DNA of 64,000 nucleotides from Oculina patagonica (Eukaryota): NCBI RefSeq assembly GCF_052425735.1, contig NC_135761.1, positions 8,866,001 to 8,930,000 of the forward strand, read 5' to 3'. Shown piece by piece: positions 26,522 to 38,529 of this stretch (position 1 is its first letter; each line of letters starts with the position of its first letter). The notes under the pieces were generated by a model. It saw only the letters and a program-made list of their open reading frames with translations, ran no database searches and was not told where the DNA came from. The position numbers and the translations under genes were made by a program.

Positions 26522-29500
26522 GTCACGCAGCTATACGCTCCCGGGCCGGAGAGGGAGTCCAGATTCTCTCCCGAGAGCGTAGCGTTGTGTGACAGAGAGT
26601 GCTAGAACTGGACTAGCTTGTCTCGGGCGCCGGTCGCGTAGCAAATTTTTTATTGATAAAGTTTTGTCTTGTATCCCGACCAGGTTGCGTGAGAAAGAGA
26701 AGGAGATCAACAAACTCAAAGAGCAGTACGAAGAAGAAATCAATAATCTTCGAGCTATGGTCAGACAAAAACAACGTCAATTGGAATTGATGATCGGCGA
26801 GAACAGGTAAGATGGCGTTATGTTGAATTGTCACAGTAATGGGTTTAAATAGGTGCGTATGTCACGCGATAAAAGGTCCCTTTTTGCAATGTACCATTAC
26901 TGTTGAAAATGGACTGTGTGACTGTCACGCCGTAAAAGTGAACTTTGGTTGTATTGTTCTCGTTGCTAAGTTACAAGGTAAAATAAAGTGATGTAAGTTT
27001 AGACTTTCGAGACCGTGAGCGATTTGACGGGAGATTTCAATGATTGTAATTTTCCTTCGAGTTGGGACATTAAATCGTAAAGCGATTCGAGTTGTTGGTC
27101 GTTATTAACGTGAATATTATCGGAAAAATCCTTTGTGTTAGAAGCAGTCGAAAGAGGTAGGGTGTGGGGAGCACCTGACTGTGTGCTAGCCTGCTGGGTT
27201 AAATCAATTGTAATTTGTTTCAGAAAATCTTAGGCATTAGAAAAACTACAATAAGTAATGTTTGGTTAACACGGTGTTCATTTTTGATAAGACAACGCTT
27301 TTATTCTGTTTTAATTCATGGCCGTATTTCACATGTACTAAGAACCACTACTTCTGTGAATTTACTTGGTTTAAACTTTTTCATCTAAACCAGCATCTAT
27401 GGGGCTGGTACGCAAGTTTGTCCAAAAAAGAAATTTTCTAAAGTCAGGTTAGTGGTCATGAATACCCTAAATCGATAATTAAACCTTGGTGGATTAGCAG
27501 CAGTTCTTGGGTCACGGATCCGCTGTCCTGCTGCATCGCGGTCAGTGGCTCGGCTTCTGCCAGGTTTGTGAGACCAGTATCCATTGGAATCCAGACGGTA
27601 CCAGTGATAATCGTTTGATGGATGGCCCAGACCTGTATTGAAAATCATTTAAATCGTTTAAATTGAAATTTGAAGCGGCTGATCAACCTTGAAGTTCGAA
27701 TGCGTAACTAACTATTGCGTTAATTAAGGTCATTGCCCTGTATTGCATTGCGCATCCTTACTGCGCAGAATTTTACGCTTAATTAGTGCGCGCACATAAA
27801 CAAAATGGCGGTTTTTTTCTATGCGGCTTAGTCCGCGAGAAAATAAATCGTCTCTTTCTCGTAAACGAGTATAGTGACCTATCAGTTTTTTCTCAGACTT
27901 TCGGTGTAGCGATCAAGTTCTTTCTGTAAAACGAAAACAAATCAATTCCTATGTTTGAAAAATAAATTATCACTGGAAATGTGTTTTCCAGTATTCGCAA
28001 GGGAATTATTAAGGAATTATGTGGTATATACAAGGCCTTTCTGCTCTTAAACAAATATGGGGACCCCACTTTTTTATTTCAAAATTTAAGTCTCCTTAAG
28101 GTCATCAACAAGTAGGCAAAGTTTGGTTGAAAATCTATGTTCAGTTCTATTTCGGAGTAATGACCTTAACTGGGGAGATGACATTTTCAAGTACTTTGAG
28201 GCAAGGCCGTATCGGGAGTCTTGGCTCTTACTATCAGGAAGAAAACAAAAAGCTCAGTCACGAAAGGCGTGCCCGTGTCCCTGCATGCTGCTTTTAATGG
28301 CCGACTCATTGTTTGTTCATTATTGCTGCCAAGAGGTAGCCTTCTAATTCCTGAAAGCAATCGAGAGTTTTGGTACATTTCTATAAGGAACAAATGTTAT
28401 CCAATCAGCAACTTGCTTTCATAAAACCATGAAGAAAATCATAATGACGTCTCGAATTGACAAAATTTTTGACGATATTTCTCTCCTCTTGCAAACAAGA
28501 AACACATTTATGGAGTTCAAAATGGAAAGAAATAACCCTAAAGAACACTCGACCGCCTAAAAAGAGAACATCGAGGTCTCTTAAGATCTTAAAAGCGATA
28601 AAGCAAGACAGCTCCTTTTGTAAGGTTCCAAGAATGCAGCTCGATATAGTCAACTTCACGTGGATTTTTTAAGACTCAGAAACCAATGCAGTATAGTAAA
28701 TTTCGTTAAATTTTGTTTTGATTTATAAAAATCGTTTAGCTGATTTATTGAGACTAGATTCAATAACTTGGAAATTAAGTTTGGCTTTGTTATATATGGG
28801 TTATTGACCAAGCGTGAGGTCAAGATGGCAGGATATTGGCCAAGTTCTTTTTTTGCGTGTGTATGGACCGAGACGAAGTCGAGGTCCATACACACGCAAA
28901 AAAAGAACGAGGCCAATATCCTGCCTTCTTGACCGAACAAGCTTGGTCAATAAAGGATTTATTATATGACTTTTTTCGAGTACTGAAAAGGAAGCCAGTT
29001 GCATGCACATTCAATGGCGCACGCTAAAATCATTTCATTGGTTTAAAAGTTTAATGACTGACTGTCAAATTCTTGAATGAATCGAGACGAAGAAATTCAC
29101 CTCTTTTTAACCCTCAAAAGGATACTAAAATTGCGACGTTGAGTTTGAAGCCTTAAAACAAGAATGTCCATTCTATCTGGCCGCCAGCTTTTGATTATTG
29201 GACGTTTTGCAGAGTATTTGCTCGCTTCTGGCGCTTTAGTGGTGCAAACCTGCCGACACGTACGGTGACACGAGCTGAATATTGAAATTGTGATTGTTGA
29301 AAGCGTTTGGGACTTATAAATTCAAGGGAAGAGCGTGAACTTTCCTACATCATTGATTTAAATGTTCGACACGACCTTATTCGACGTGAGCGTTAGAGGC
29401 TTCGGTGAGAAGATGTTTTAAAAGCTTACAGTGCCTGAATGGTTCGCCGTGCCGACCGCTTTCTCCATCAAGATTTCAATCAAGATTTACACAAACGACA

Positions 29501-32500
29501 AGTTTGCCGAATTGTAGTCTTCAGATATGTCACTGACTTCTCTCCCTTTTCCGCCGAACAAAACCGATATCATGTCTTCAAGTCGCTTTGCGTTGTAATT
29601 TTTGTATTTAAGCTTATAGCTGGTTGTTGTGGCAAATAAAATTCACGAAACTCGTTAACATTTGCTGTTTAATTAGTTTGTTCTCGTTCGCTTCAAGACC
29701 TATTTCTTGGTAATTGGACTCTCTTTCGCTAGAAACAGGCAGAAAATATTTGTGTTGTTTCGGTAAATGGTTTTATAGCTCAAGTTAACGACAGAAAAGC
29801 TTTTTGTAGTAGCGTCGATGGAACTGAAAAGTTTTTTCGCTTGCGGGAACACAGCGGGCGATCCCGAGCGGTCAAGATGGCTCCATCTTGACCGCTCGGG
29901 TAGCCAATCAGAGCACGGGATTCGTTTCATCTTGACCGCTCACGGAGCTAGTCATATAATAAGTTGTGTTATTGCTGTCCGCGAGCGTCTGGAAAAATAT
30001 AATTCCTGCGTGTGTTCCGGGGTCTTCCGGCACGCAACAGCGACGCAAGGAATTCGAAAGTCGTTTGCTTCTAAAAGAAAATGTACAATGTTTATTTAAA
30101 TGAAATTTGTCCAACCTTTTAAGTTTATTTTGTATTTGTAAATCGTAGTTTACATGTACATTATAGAAGCGGCGTTGTGTAAAACCTTAAAAAATTTGCA
30201 TAACTGGATTGAAATTTGATACATGAGTTGCTTTCATTGAGATGCGTGGGTATTTTGATTTTCAAGATTGTGGTATGACTTACCGGTATACTTCATCTGC
30301 AAGTTTTGTTTCTCTTTCCATCAGAAAATATTTATATACATTTCAAATGAAGTTAATTTTCTGTACATTCATATATTCTTGAAATGTTTAGGGCAGCACT
30401 TCACCTCTCATTGAGAACTTCTATTTTTAAGTTTTGGTTTTGTACTCTTCATAGCGGGGCTCCTCAGCGGCTCGAAGGTCCGCACAACGGAGCCCCATTA
30501 CCATAGAAATAGGGGAATCATGAATGCATGTAAGACGTACGACGACGTCGCGCAACATGGCGGACATACTGCAGAAGTAGGTTAACGTTAAGGTTAGTGT
30601 CAAAGGCTGTCAAAACGATGTATCCGTTAACCAGTATCACATGACCATATTGCGGGCTAGTGTAGAGCTAATCGAGGTCACATGTTTTTTTTTTTTTTAG
30701 TTGACCGCTGAGCATGTCAACTTAAGGACACAGACAATCCAGTGAACCGATCAAAACTCGAAACAAAAATGCTATGGAGCCGGTGAAAAGCGCGGGAATG
30801 GTGCGTGAGCGAGTCACGATTGGTTTTAGTTTTAATTCTGATTAGACGAGAAAGTGGCGCGAGATTTTATTACTTTCGACACTCAAGTGAAAACCGTTCT
30901 AAGAGCAAAGTAAATCACCGGGGAGCTCCACTTTTAGCCTTGGCTAAATCTATTAAAGGATTCCAGTTTAATTTGTACTGACCTGTATGACAAAAGAGCG
31001 CCACAAGATGTCTTCCTGGATCGTCAGGGGATACCATTTGATTGATGTCTAGAGCTAGCTCAGCTTCCAAACCATCGGCAAGTGCACCAAACATCGCTTC
31101 AGCGCAATAGTCTGAATAGTTACTCGGATATCTTACCCAACGTGTTCCTCGTCTACTGTTAATACCAGGGTGTGAAAAACAATCGTTCATGATGTCAAGA
31201 GCGTAGTTGTAGCAGTTATTGTAATAAATATGTTCGCGCTGGTTCCAGATCTCTGGATCGTATTCTGGTGCATCACGTTTCGTTGTGTTGTCAAATTGGG
31301 CCGAGACATCCCCACTCCGGATTTCTTCCCGAACAATGTTTTTAAGGCTGGTTGGTATCATACCTCTGGGTATGGTCCGCAGTAGGAGCAGTTGCAGTTG
31401 TTCCGTTTCCGGACCGACAACCAACACCATCGGTTGCAGATTTCCGTTTCTCACCTCCTGTACCAGAAATCCCTCGTAGCCAAGCTTTCCAGGCGTGTTT
31501 TCTGGACCGTAAGTTGTCGCACTACGCAGGAGCCTTCTTACCTCTTCGTATCTTGGATTATCGCGCGTTATATTCCACTGTGGGTCTGGAGCGCCGGAAA
31601 ATATCGCCAAGGTTACAATGAAGCCTCCTTCCCCTGAAAAAAAAAATGTTGTTACAGTCTGTGAGTTTTTTTTTCTTTGAGGTGCTTCTGCCTGTTCGGA
31701 AAAATAAGGAAATGGAAGCCGTTACAGAAACATATCCATAGTAAGTAACATAAATGAATGGTCAGAAGAGTGTGGTTAATCAAAGTTAAATCTAACATAC
31801 TGACCGTCTTGTAATTCTGCATTACGTGAAGGATTGTCTTTTGTAGCTTCTGTCTTGACGCGTTTCATTTTCGCTTTTCCTATTAAAATAACAAATAATA
31901 GTTAAAGATACCAGAAGGTTTAATCAGCTTGGTGTACCCTTTCAATACTAAGCATGCGTTACCGGCAAAAGTTCGGGAAATCACTCCAAATATGATAAAG
32001 ATAATCTATCACCCTGTCTATTAAATTCGATAATCTTATCAATTAAAGTGGAACAAAAAAAATAAATATAATCTCTCTCAGTGATAATGCCATCGATCCT
32101 AAGTGACACTCGTGAATGTTTATCGTGGAGCTGAATCACGGATTATATTTTGCACAATAAGAATAAAATTCAGAAGAGTAGCAGATGCGGTACCTTAAGA
32201 GAAAAGAGCATATTATAACTGAAACTTTTATATGAATAAAATATGATGAATAAAATAAAGGAAATAAGGAAATAATGCAAACAAAGAAACCACCCCTCCC
32301 CCCATGTGATAGCTCTCTCAAGTGGCCACCATACCTTGAAAAAAAATTAAAAGATGGTCGCCTATGAGAAGTTCACATGTAATTATAATGGCATACCTGT
32401 AATTGCACCAAGAAGACAGCAAATGGCAAATAGCACTATTGTCGGGTAGGCAAACATGTTTCACTTGAATTCCTGTAGAGGTTACCAAATCCAGTTAAAT

Positions 32501-35413
32501 GGCTGCAAAATCTAATATTTCAGTTTTAAAGATATATCCAGGAAGAGTGCCAATCAAAAGACAAGGACAATACAGTAAAAACCCGCGTATAAGAACCTAG
32601 GTTTTTTCAAGTTAGCCTAAACAGGTTCTTATATAAATGGTATTTAGTGTAAAATTAGGCTGACTAGGTTCTTAATTAGGTTCTTAACTTTTGTTCAAGA
32701 AATAAAGTAGAATTTTTAAATGATCTGGTCTTTAATGTCCAATAACAGTATTCCTGGAGGCTTCGGTAGGCAACTATAATGTGTACAGACTGTGTTATAA
32801 ATATATTTTTGAGAAGATTTTTTAATTCTATATTTTTGATCTAAGATTATTTATTTCTTTTTTGAAAATAAGAACCTGTTTTAGAATTTTAGCCTAAAAT
32901 GGTTCTTATGTGAAGGGTGCTTAAAAATGAAATTTTAGCCTAACAGGTTCTTAAAGGTTAGGTTCTTATACGCGGGTTTTTACTGTAGTTGAGATATCAG
33001 AACAAATACCAGCAGGCTCGCGATTGTTTTGTTATACAATATCCGGATAAAAAGGTATTAAATTTCACGTGTTTAGTTTTTGCGCACTCCTTTTTACGCG
33101 AGTATCAATTTTGGCCATTTTTTTCAAAACGCGAAAATGTCGATATTAACTACGCGCCTGAATTAGTAAGAATGAGGTAAGCAAACATTTACTGTGCAAA
33201 TTGTGCTTTGAACTTTTATACCTAATCGTACCTTTTTGGTACGCTTCGGCTGCATATCAGGCGAGTTTGGTCGAGCCATGGTTCGTATTTTGGTGAGACG
33301 CAGCCGAGCCAAAATACCCATGGCGAGACCAAACGAGCCTGATATGCAGCCGAAGCGTACCAAAAAGGTACGATTAGGTATTTACCGTACCCAAATTCAG
33401 CAAAAAATCCGGTTATATTTATCGCTCTGTTGAAGCCATGCTTGCAAGGTACGTACTGTAAATTGTGATGACTTGGTCTTCGACACTTTTACCAAGTTCC
33501 TCTTCTGCCTTTTCCACTCGTTTGTTTAGAGTTTCATTCTCTACATTTTCAAAATTAAAATTTAGCGAAAAACTTGGAAATTCCGACTCCAATTTTTTCA
33601 CTCTGAATGTCTCAGTACTCGTCGGCAAACATCGCGCAATTGGCGAGCGCGCTCAAGTTTAGTTTTGGCGGGAAAGGTTTTCTCTTTTTACGACCGCTTA
33701 ACACCGCTAAATTTAAATTACGAAGTTCTGTTCTATTGGTAAAACGTCTTTTCAATTCATCACACAGTAACACTACTTTACTTCAAAGTGACCGTGATAT
33801 GGTGGCATATCAGGTCAGTGACTTGATATCGTAGGATATCAGGACAGTAGATCGCGCTTCTGATTGGCTACTTGCGAATTTGGGTACGGTAAAATCAATA
33901 AGCGCGTCATACTACCTATATTATGATGTATTGTCGTCTTGTTTACTAAGGAAAATTGCCGAAGAAATAAACTCCTCGACTTAACAGTCAACAACCTCCT
34001 TCTCTTAGTCCCTCGACCATATTTTGAAGCCTGAAGATTCTCCAAATTAGGCAAAAATCTTTAGTTTCGCTGGAAGCTTAATGCCCTTTTAGCAGACTAA
34101 CTTACCTTTCTTCAAATCCTTGTAATCTTTTCCTGTCGATTTTTTGTTGAACGTTTATCGACCCTCAAATGAATCGCTGGATTCTCATAGACAAAGTAAA
34201 AAGGCTAGTGGGATATTGATTATTCAGTGATTATGAGGTAAATTGTCTCACCCTATTATTTTAATGTCTATTTCCCTTTAATAATGAATAAGAGAAATAG
34301 TTCAATCATTTTGTAATTCTTCAAGAATCCAAAGGTCTGACACCTTTCGTGTTGGTTAGGATTGAAAATATTCCACATAAAAATTAGTCAGAAGCGGAAG
34401 AAATAAACAAGCACCGTTTACGGACGAAAAGAAAAAAATCAGACAAGGTTTGGCTGTTTTCTTTTTCATCGGTGCCCTGTAAATTTTTCCGACTATCATG
34501 TAAAAACCAATTAGCGAAAGGGCATCCACCTGTAACTTTGGCTTGAAACGTTTTTATGTTATCCTATTGTTTCATTGGTGCAAAATGTCTTTTCAAATAT
34601 TCTCAGCGGCATTGATTAATAAGCAATTTGAAAAAAGTGTCTAGACACTAAAGGGTTGGAAGGTTTTCCTTTCCGTACCTTAAAGGCTTTAAAAAAGTGC
34701 ACTTGGTCATTTTTATTTATAACCATTTTACGTTTTTCAAGAGGAGGCCCAGAAAACAAAAATCATCTACATTGCCGCCTTTTTTCCACTTGACAAAGTT
34801 ATCGTTACATTTTTCACAACTTCTCGACAACTTTCTGGTGGCTTCTGTTTCAACTGGCCAATCAAAATACAAGAAGTGAGCGAGGCTGGACACCTTAAGC
34901 AGCAGACATTTTACAATGGCCTGTTTCGTAAGATGGCCTTCTTTAAGCAAAGAAAGCGTTTTCCGATAATATCTGGATTGAAAACATTTTTTGCGCGCTG
35001 GTTTCAGTGCTGACTCAAGTCCCAGCCTCGTTCCTTGTTCCATTTCACTTGATCCATCGAGAACGCGGTTGGGTCAAGTCTGAGCTTAAGGCAAGCATTG
35101 GTTCTAGCAAAACAACATCGAATAGATAAACGCTAATTGGCTTGTTCCAAATGTAATTTGTCAGTAAGCGCTGGCGTCAACGGGTTGCTAGAATGGCGGG
35201 CATTGGTGTATTCAGTTATTACCAAAATAAATTGAATAAAGTTTTTTTCATTTGTATCTTAGGAACGTTGATAAGGAACTGGAACTAGTATGGAAAACAG
35301 CAGCCGCTGACAACAGGCGTATGAAGGACACAGTTCGACAAAAAGGCGGCATGTTCGACTCGGACTCAGACCCCAATGCCCACCTGTCGTCGGAAGAAGG
35401 GGAGGCTGCATAG
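18360..35413 (+). CDS. CEP89: Centrosomal protein of 89 kDa (CCDC123), 5'-partial; 17 exons: 18360-18431, 19057-19118, 19193-19243, 19733-19816, 19947-20012, 20266-20309, 20459-20574, 21629-21809, 22241-22304, 22792-22834, 22992-23052, 23636-23735, 24068-24109, 24518-24607, 26136-26182, 26684-26806, 35263-35413
   Basis: All junctions are GT-AG and phase-compatible. The coiled-coil translation carries blocks I recognise from vertebrate CEP89: TVHRLNVELSRYQAKYR, PWLVNTKFLAPLFLAYDD, RVMEVVKENQQLH, EWQQLQEQAKLVVEEN and terminal ELELVWKTAAADNRRMK. Stop TAG at 35411-35413. The 5' exons are missing at the gap. Confidence 0.92.
20736..20914. mobile_element. MITE with TAG...CTA ends and 9-bp TSD, nested in another repeat (~20708-21270)
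   Basis: TIR TAGACTGCAA(A/G)ACAGTCGT; TAGCGAACA duplicated at 20727-20735 and 20915-20923. Confidence 0.8.
21365..21495 (-). mobile_element. 3' end fragment of an RTE-clade LINE
   Basis: Minus strand reads KNRVRWRKLVDALCSQGGDKEQ*, resembling the C-terminal WR..V.ALC motif of RTE ORFs. Confidence 0.55.
24138..24433 (+). mobile_element. tRNA-derived SINE; decayed fragments also at ~56870-57010 and ~57338-57452
   Basis: 5' GGGAGGCGCGGTGGCCTAATG (A-box-like) and GGGTTCGGGCCC (B-box-like), then a tgtgttcttgggca core and a ctttacct tail; shares blocks with the 56.9/57.4-kb fragments. Confidence 0.75.
25020..25169. mobile_element. Palindromic TAGCCTGC...GCAGGCTA MITE
   Basis: Near-perfect fold-back; degenerate 9-bp flanks GACAGCTCT / GACAACTCG; related fragments near 26393-26465. 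Confidence 0.7.
25271..25679. mobile_element. CCCGGG-ended non-autonomous DNA transposon, 8-bp TSD CGTTCACT
   Basis: CCCGG(G)n...(C)nCGGG ends; TSD at 25263-25270 and 25680-25687; homologous along its length to 39191-39608. Confidence 0.85.
27397..32457 (-). CDS. Secreted pre-pro-protein, 340 aa, 4 coding exons (32457-32397, 31879-31805, 31633-30983, 27632-27397); putative papain-like/NlpC-P60-like Cys hydrolase (NCYNYA...DYHWYRLD...WSHKPG), nested antisense in the last CEP89 intron
   Basis: Three phase-1 GT-AG introns join the signal peptide MFAYPTIVLFAICCLLGAITG, a 75-nt exon, ORF 30915-31610 and ORF 27397-27648 into one uninterrupted 1023-nt frame. Dibasic KR at residues 164-165 precedes the motif-bearing domain. 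Probable 5'UTR exon donor at 34105 and acceptor at 32473. Confidence 0.85.
27728..28165. mobile_element. Kolobok-like MITE (TTAA TSD)
   Basis: TTAA|GGTCATTGCCC...GAGTAATGACC|TTAA. Confidence 0.65.
28793..29962. mobile_element. Hairpin-ended repeat, possible decayed Crypton-like element
   Basis: ~170-bp fold-back at 28793-28965 and repeated CATCTTGACCG motifs at both ends. A minus-strand remnant NTKITTQSDLKT*YRFC (~29608-29555) resembles the N-terminal part of Crypton/DUF3504-type tyrosine recombinases. Family assignment tentative. Confidence 0.5.
32573..32985. mobile_element. Tc1/mariner-type MITE (TA TSD)
   Basis: Perfect 27-bp TIR CAGTAAAAACCCGCGTATAAGAACCTA flanked by TA. Confidence 0.85.
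33219..33893. mobile_element. Hairpin-headed repeat element; decayed, internally deleted copy at ~22370-22617
   Basis: 160-bp fold-back at 33219-33380, followed by a segment bounded by the inverted 18-mer TTTACCGTACCCAAATTC (33381 / 33893); same layout at 22370-22617. Confidence 0.7.
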
Positions 35414-36439
35414 TCTAACATATAAAAATAACTGAAAGATATCAAAGAAAGCCGGAAGAATTCACGGCCAGGAGGAACTCGTAAAGCGGCCAAGGACAGG
35501 AATTAGTGATATAACCACATTCCGTTAAGTGTCCGTGTCGCGTTTGTAAATAACCATCAGATGCGTTGCTGGGCCGTTTAGAGGACGTTGATTCATGCAG
35601 AACATGTTGTCAAGGCACATCAGGGCTACCCTCTCTAAAGATAAGCATGTTCGAGATATGCCGTGTTGTCATTATGATATGTCATCAATGTACCATATAT
35701 TTAAGTGTGTGATGTACAGAATGAAATTTTAAGAAAAGGCAAAGCTTATTTTTAAAGACGTACGTAGGTATTGAAAAATAAAATTGTATATAACAAGAAT
35801 GCATCTTGATTGTGTTCAGAGGAGTTCATGGTTTTACTTTCGGCGCTCCGTCTATCAAAGTAAGCTTTGGAAAAGTCAGTCTTCGACTTATACTTGCTAG
35901 TGAACAGTCTATTCTGTGACAAGGACGAAATGATTGGACCCAAGAGAGCTAGAGGCCCTTGATCGTGAATTGTGTCTAGGAACCCCTAAAACATGCCATT
36001 TTGTGCCTAACGAGTGCCATTTTTTTTAAAAAAAGATACCAAACCACGGATTCCTGTAAAATGTAGACGGTCACGCCATCACTTTTGTGTGGGGATTTGC
36101 TGCCAGTGTGAGTGAGAAAAGGAGTCTCGTCTCTCTTCACAGTGTCCTTGGTTTGTTTCAGAACTGCTTACCGACCACTATTTCGTGCTTATTTTCATTT
36201 TAGATCCTGTTCGCTGGCTTTACAATACGTACTAAAAAGCAATTGTTTTCTGCGTGATGAACTTCAGTTATAGTCAGTTAAACAGTTAAACAGTCTTACC
36301 TTGTTTATATTCTCAATTTTAAATATCATTCTGACTCCATTGATTATTTGCACTTCTGTAACTGAATTGTCAAGCCTATAGTTTCGCGTTTTAAAGTGGG
36401 ATATTTAAATAGAATCCATGTAATACTTGCGGAGCCCTT

Positions 36440-36790
36440 GCTGAACAATGAACTGAAACTGAACTGAAACTTTATTTAACCTCAGTATTATGAAGCGTAT
36501 TAGGCCTCTGGCAAGTAATGCTAAGAAACTGAGCATTTCAGTATACAGCACAATGCACGCAGACCAGACCACAACACCGGGAACTCCATGCCCTACTCTT
36601 TACGATAAGTGTGTGGGATCTTTTACGTCCCCCGCTGACCATAACACTGAAGATGCAGGAGACGTGGCCTACGGTTTATCGTCGTTATCCGAGAAGACTA
36701 AAATATCTAACCATTTACAGTGTCATTGCAAAGGCAGCATATTCTTCTCATTTACTTTAAGAACCTCGACGTTGGCCACGTTGTAACTCT
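36440..36790 (-). mobile_element. SINE-like insertion in the GPCR copy 1 downstream flank
   Basis: Block absent from the paralogous flanks of the other GPCR copies; simple-repeat (GAACTGAAACT) end. Classification tentative. Confidence 0.45.
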
Positions 36791-37247
36791 CTCACTCCGG
36801 CCATATTTCACATCAGTTCAGTCGGATCAGAGGCCCGCTTTGATCCTCATTTGAAAACTGTCATAAAACTTGACTTGAGTTTCATGTCGCTATAGTCAGA
36901 GAGTTTTATAATATGGGATTTTTATGTGCACCTTAATGATGTTTCAACCACAAATTAATTTCCCTGGCATCCAAAATAGGTTTCATACAATTTAAAACAG
37001 TCACAGTTTAAGCTTCTAGGACCTCTAGTCTCAAAACAAAGTAAATATTTCTCGACAATAACGTTTAGACTAACGTTGTGTCGTGTGATACAGTTGCGTC
37101 AATGGAAGAGCCCAAGAACTGATATAAATAGTGTATCCGTTTGATTTTGCTTTTAGGGTTACAGCAACTTACTTTTTCTACTCGTCAGCAAGCTAGTGCA
37201 ATGTTAATATTAACATTAAGATTGTCAGCCTGACCGGTCCGATAAGT

Positions 37248-38126
37248 CTAGGCACAGTGAAGAATCTTCCGACATATCAAAGCATACGCATCCCGGAAAT
37301 CACGAATCCTTGCACTGTAAATAATAAAGTTCATGGCTGAGTTTGACAGAGCTAAAGATCTTATCCACATGTACGCGGTGCCATGCATCTTCACAAGAGA
37401 TTTCCCAGCAGAAAAGAATACAATAATCATCGGAAACCAGCAAGCGCTGAAAACACCGATCACAATTGCCAGAGTGAAGGCAACGCGCTGTTCAATTTTG
37501 GATTTCACTTCAACCATTGGTCGCGCTCTGAGTTGATGTTTTCTTCGCTTTTCTCTGACTAGGAAGATTACGATTGATGCGTACGAGGCAATGATGATGC
37601 CATAGCCAACAACGAACATCACAAAGGCCATAAAAGATGTTTCCTTCAAGAAGGGCACCCGAAGAGAGGCGAATATGATAGCTACAGCCCAAACGGTTAC
37701 CAGCATGACCTTCAAGCCATAGTTCTTCATGATGCGGCCGTGACGCAGAGGATAAATAACGGCAACAAAACGGTCAACACTGATCGCGGAGAGATGCATA
37801 ATTGATGCAGCACACGACAAATTTGAGGACACAACATAGGCAAGTTCCAGGCTCGGTGCGCAGTCGTGAACAAGCGCTCTTTTGCCCATAATTGCCACAA
37901 CTAACGGCTCGCAGACCATCGTCACGATCAAATCAGCAATGGCCAAGCTGACGAGAAGGAAGTTGGAGCTTCGGCGAAGATGAGGGCTTGTAAGCACGGC
38001 AATGCAAACCAGGATGTTTCCAATGGTGCCGATCACAGCTCCAAGAGAATTAACCATCATTAGAGCGATGCCGTGGCCAAGGGGAAGGGAGCAATCTTCA
38101 TCTGTGGAAATGTTTGAACGATTCAT
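37248..38126 (-). CDS. Intronless class A (rhodopsin-like) GPCR, copy 1, 292 aa
   Basis: Seven hydrophobic segments; GN (TM1), LAIADL (TM2), DRF (TM3), W (TM4), CWFP (TM6), NSAMNFIIY (TM7). Start set at the MNRSN ATG shared by all four copies. Confidence 0.93.
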   Translation of the reverse strand: MNRSNISTDEDCSLPLGHGIALMMVNSLGAVIGTIGNILVCIAVLTSPHLRRSSNFLLVSLAIADLIVTMVCEPLVVAIMGKRALVHDCAPSLELAYVVSSNLSCAASIMHLSAISVDRFVAVIYPLRHGRIMKNYGLKVMLVTVWAVAIIFASLRVPFLKETSFMAFVMFVVGYGIIIASYASIVIFLVREKRRKHQLRARPMVEVKSKIEQRVAFTLAIVIGVFSACWFPMIIVFFSAGKSLVKMHGTAYMWIRSLALSNSAMNFIIYSARIRDFRDAYALICRKILHCA

Positions 38127-38529
38127 TTTATATTTGTAAAAAAAATTCTGGCTATGCTTGCCGTCGTTGAAACACGGTTGCTGTTTCAAACTGAAGCAAT
38201 ATTTCTTCATATGATTACGTCTTCCGTTGTCACAGTGATATGTGCATCCCCGCACACATATCGCTGAAGATATGTGTCCGTTACCAAATGCTTGAAATCA
38301 GTGTGTTATCTCTGCTGCCCATCATCCTTTGATATGATCGAGTTCGGTAATACGATTCTTCACATAACGAGACAGATAACAGCTATAAGAGCTCTATTTA
38401 AAATCAAATTAAAATGAAAACACTTTAATTATACTTCAACCGTAACGTAAACAGCAACTGAATTTTATATTGCAAGAATTAAAAGAATGTATTATGATTA
38501 TATTGAAACTTCCTGCTTATCGCGTGATA

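Noticed and set aside
34717-35043. 108-aa minus-strand ORF near the 5' end of the nested gene
   Set aside because: No motif, no splice link to the gene model; possibly a transposon remnant or a chance ORF.
38127-38255. N-terminal extensions of GPCR copies 1 and 2 given by the ORF track
   Set aside because: The called starts are GTG/TTG and the extensions are not conserved between copies (copy 3 has an in-frame stop); the shared MNRSN ATG is preferred.
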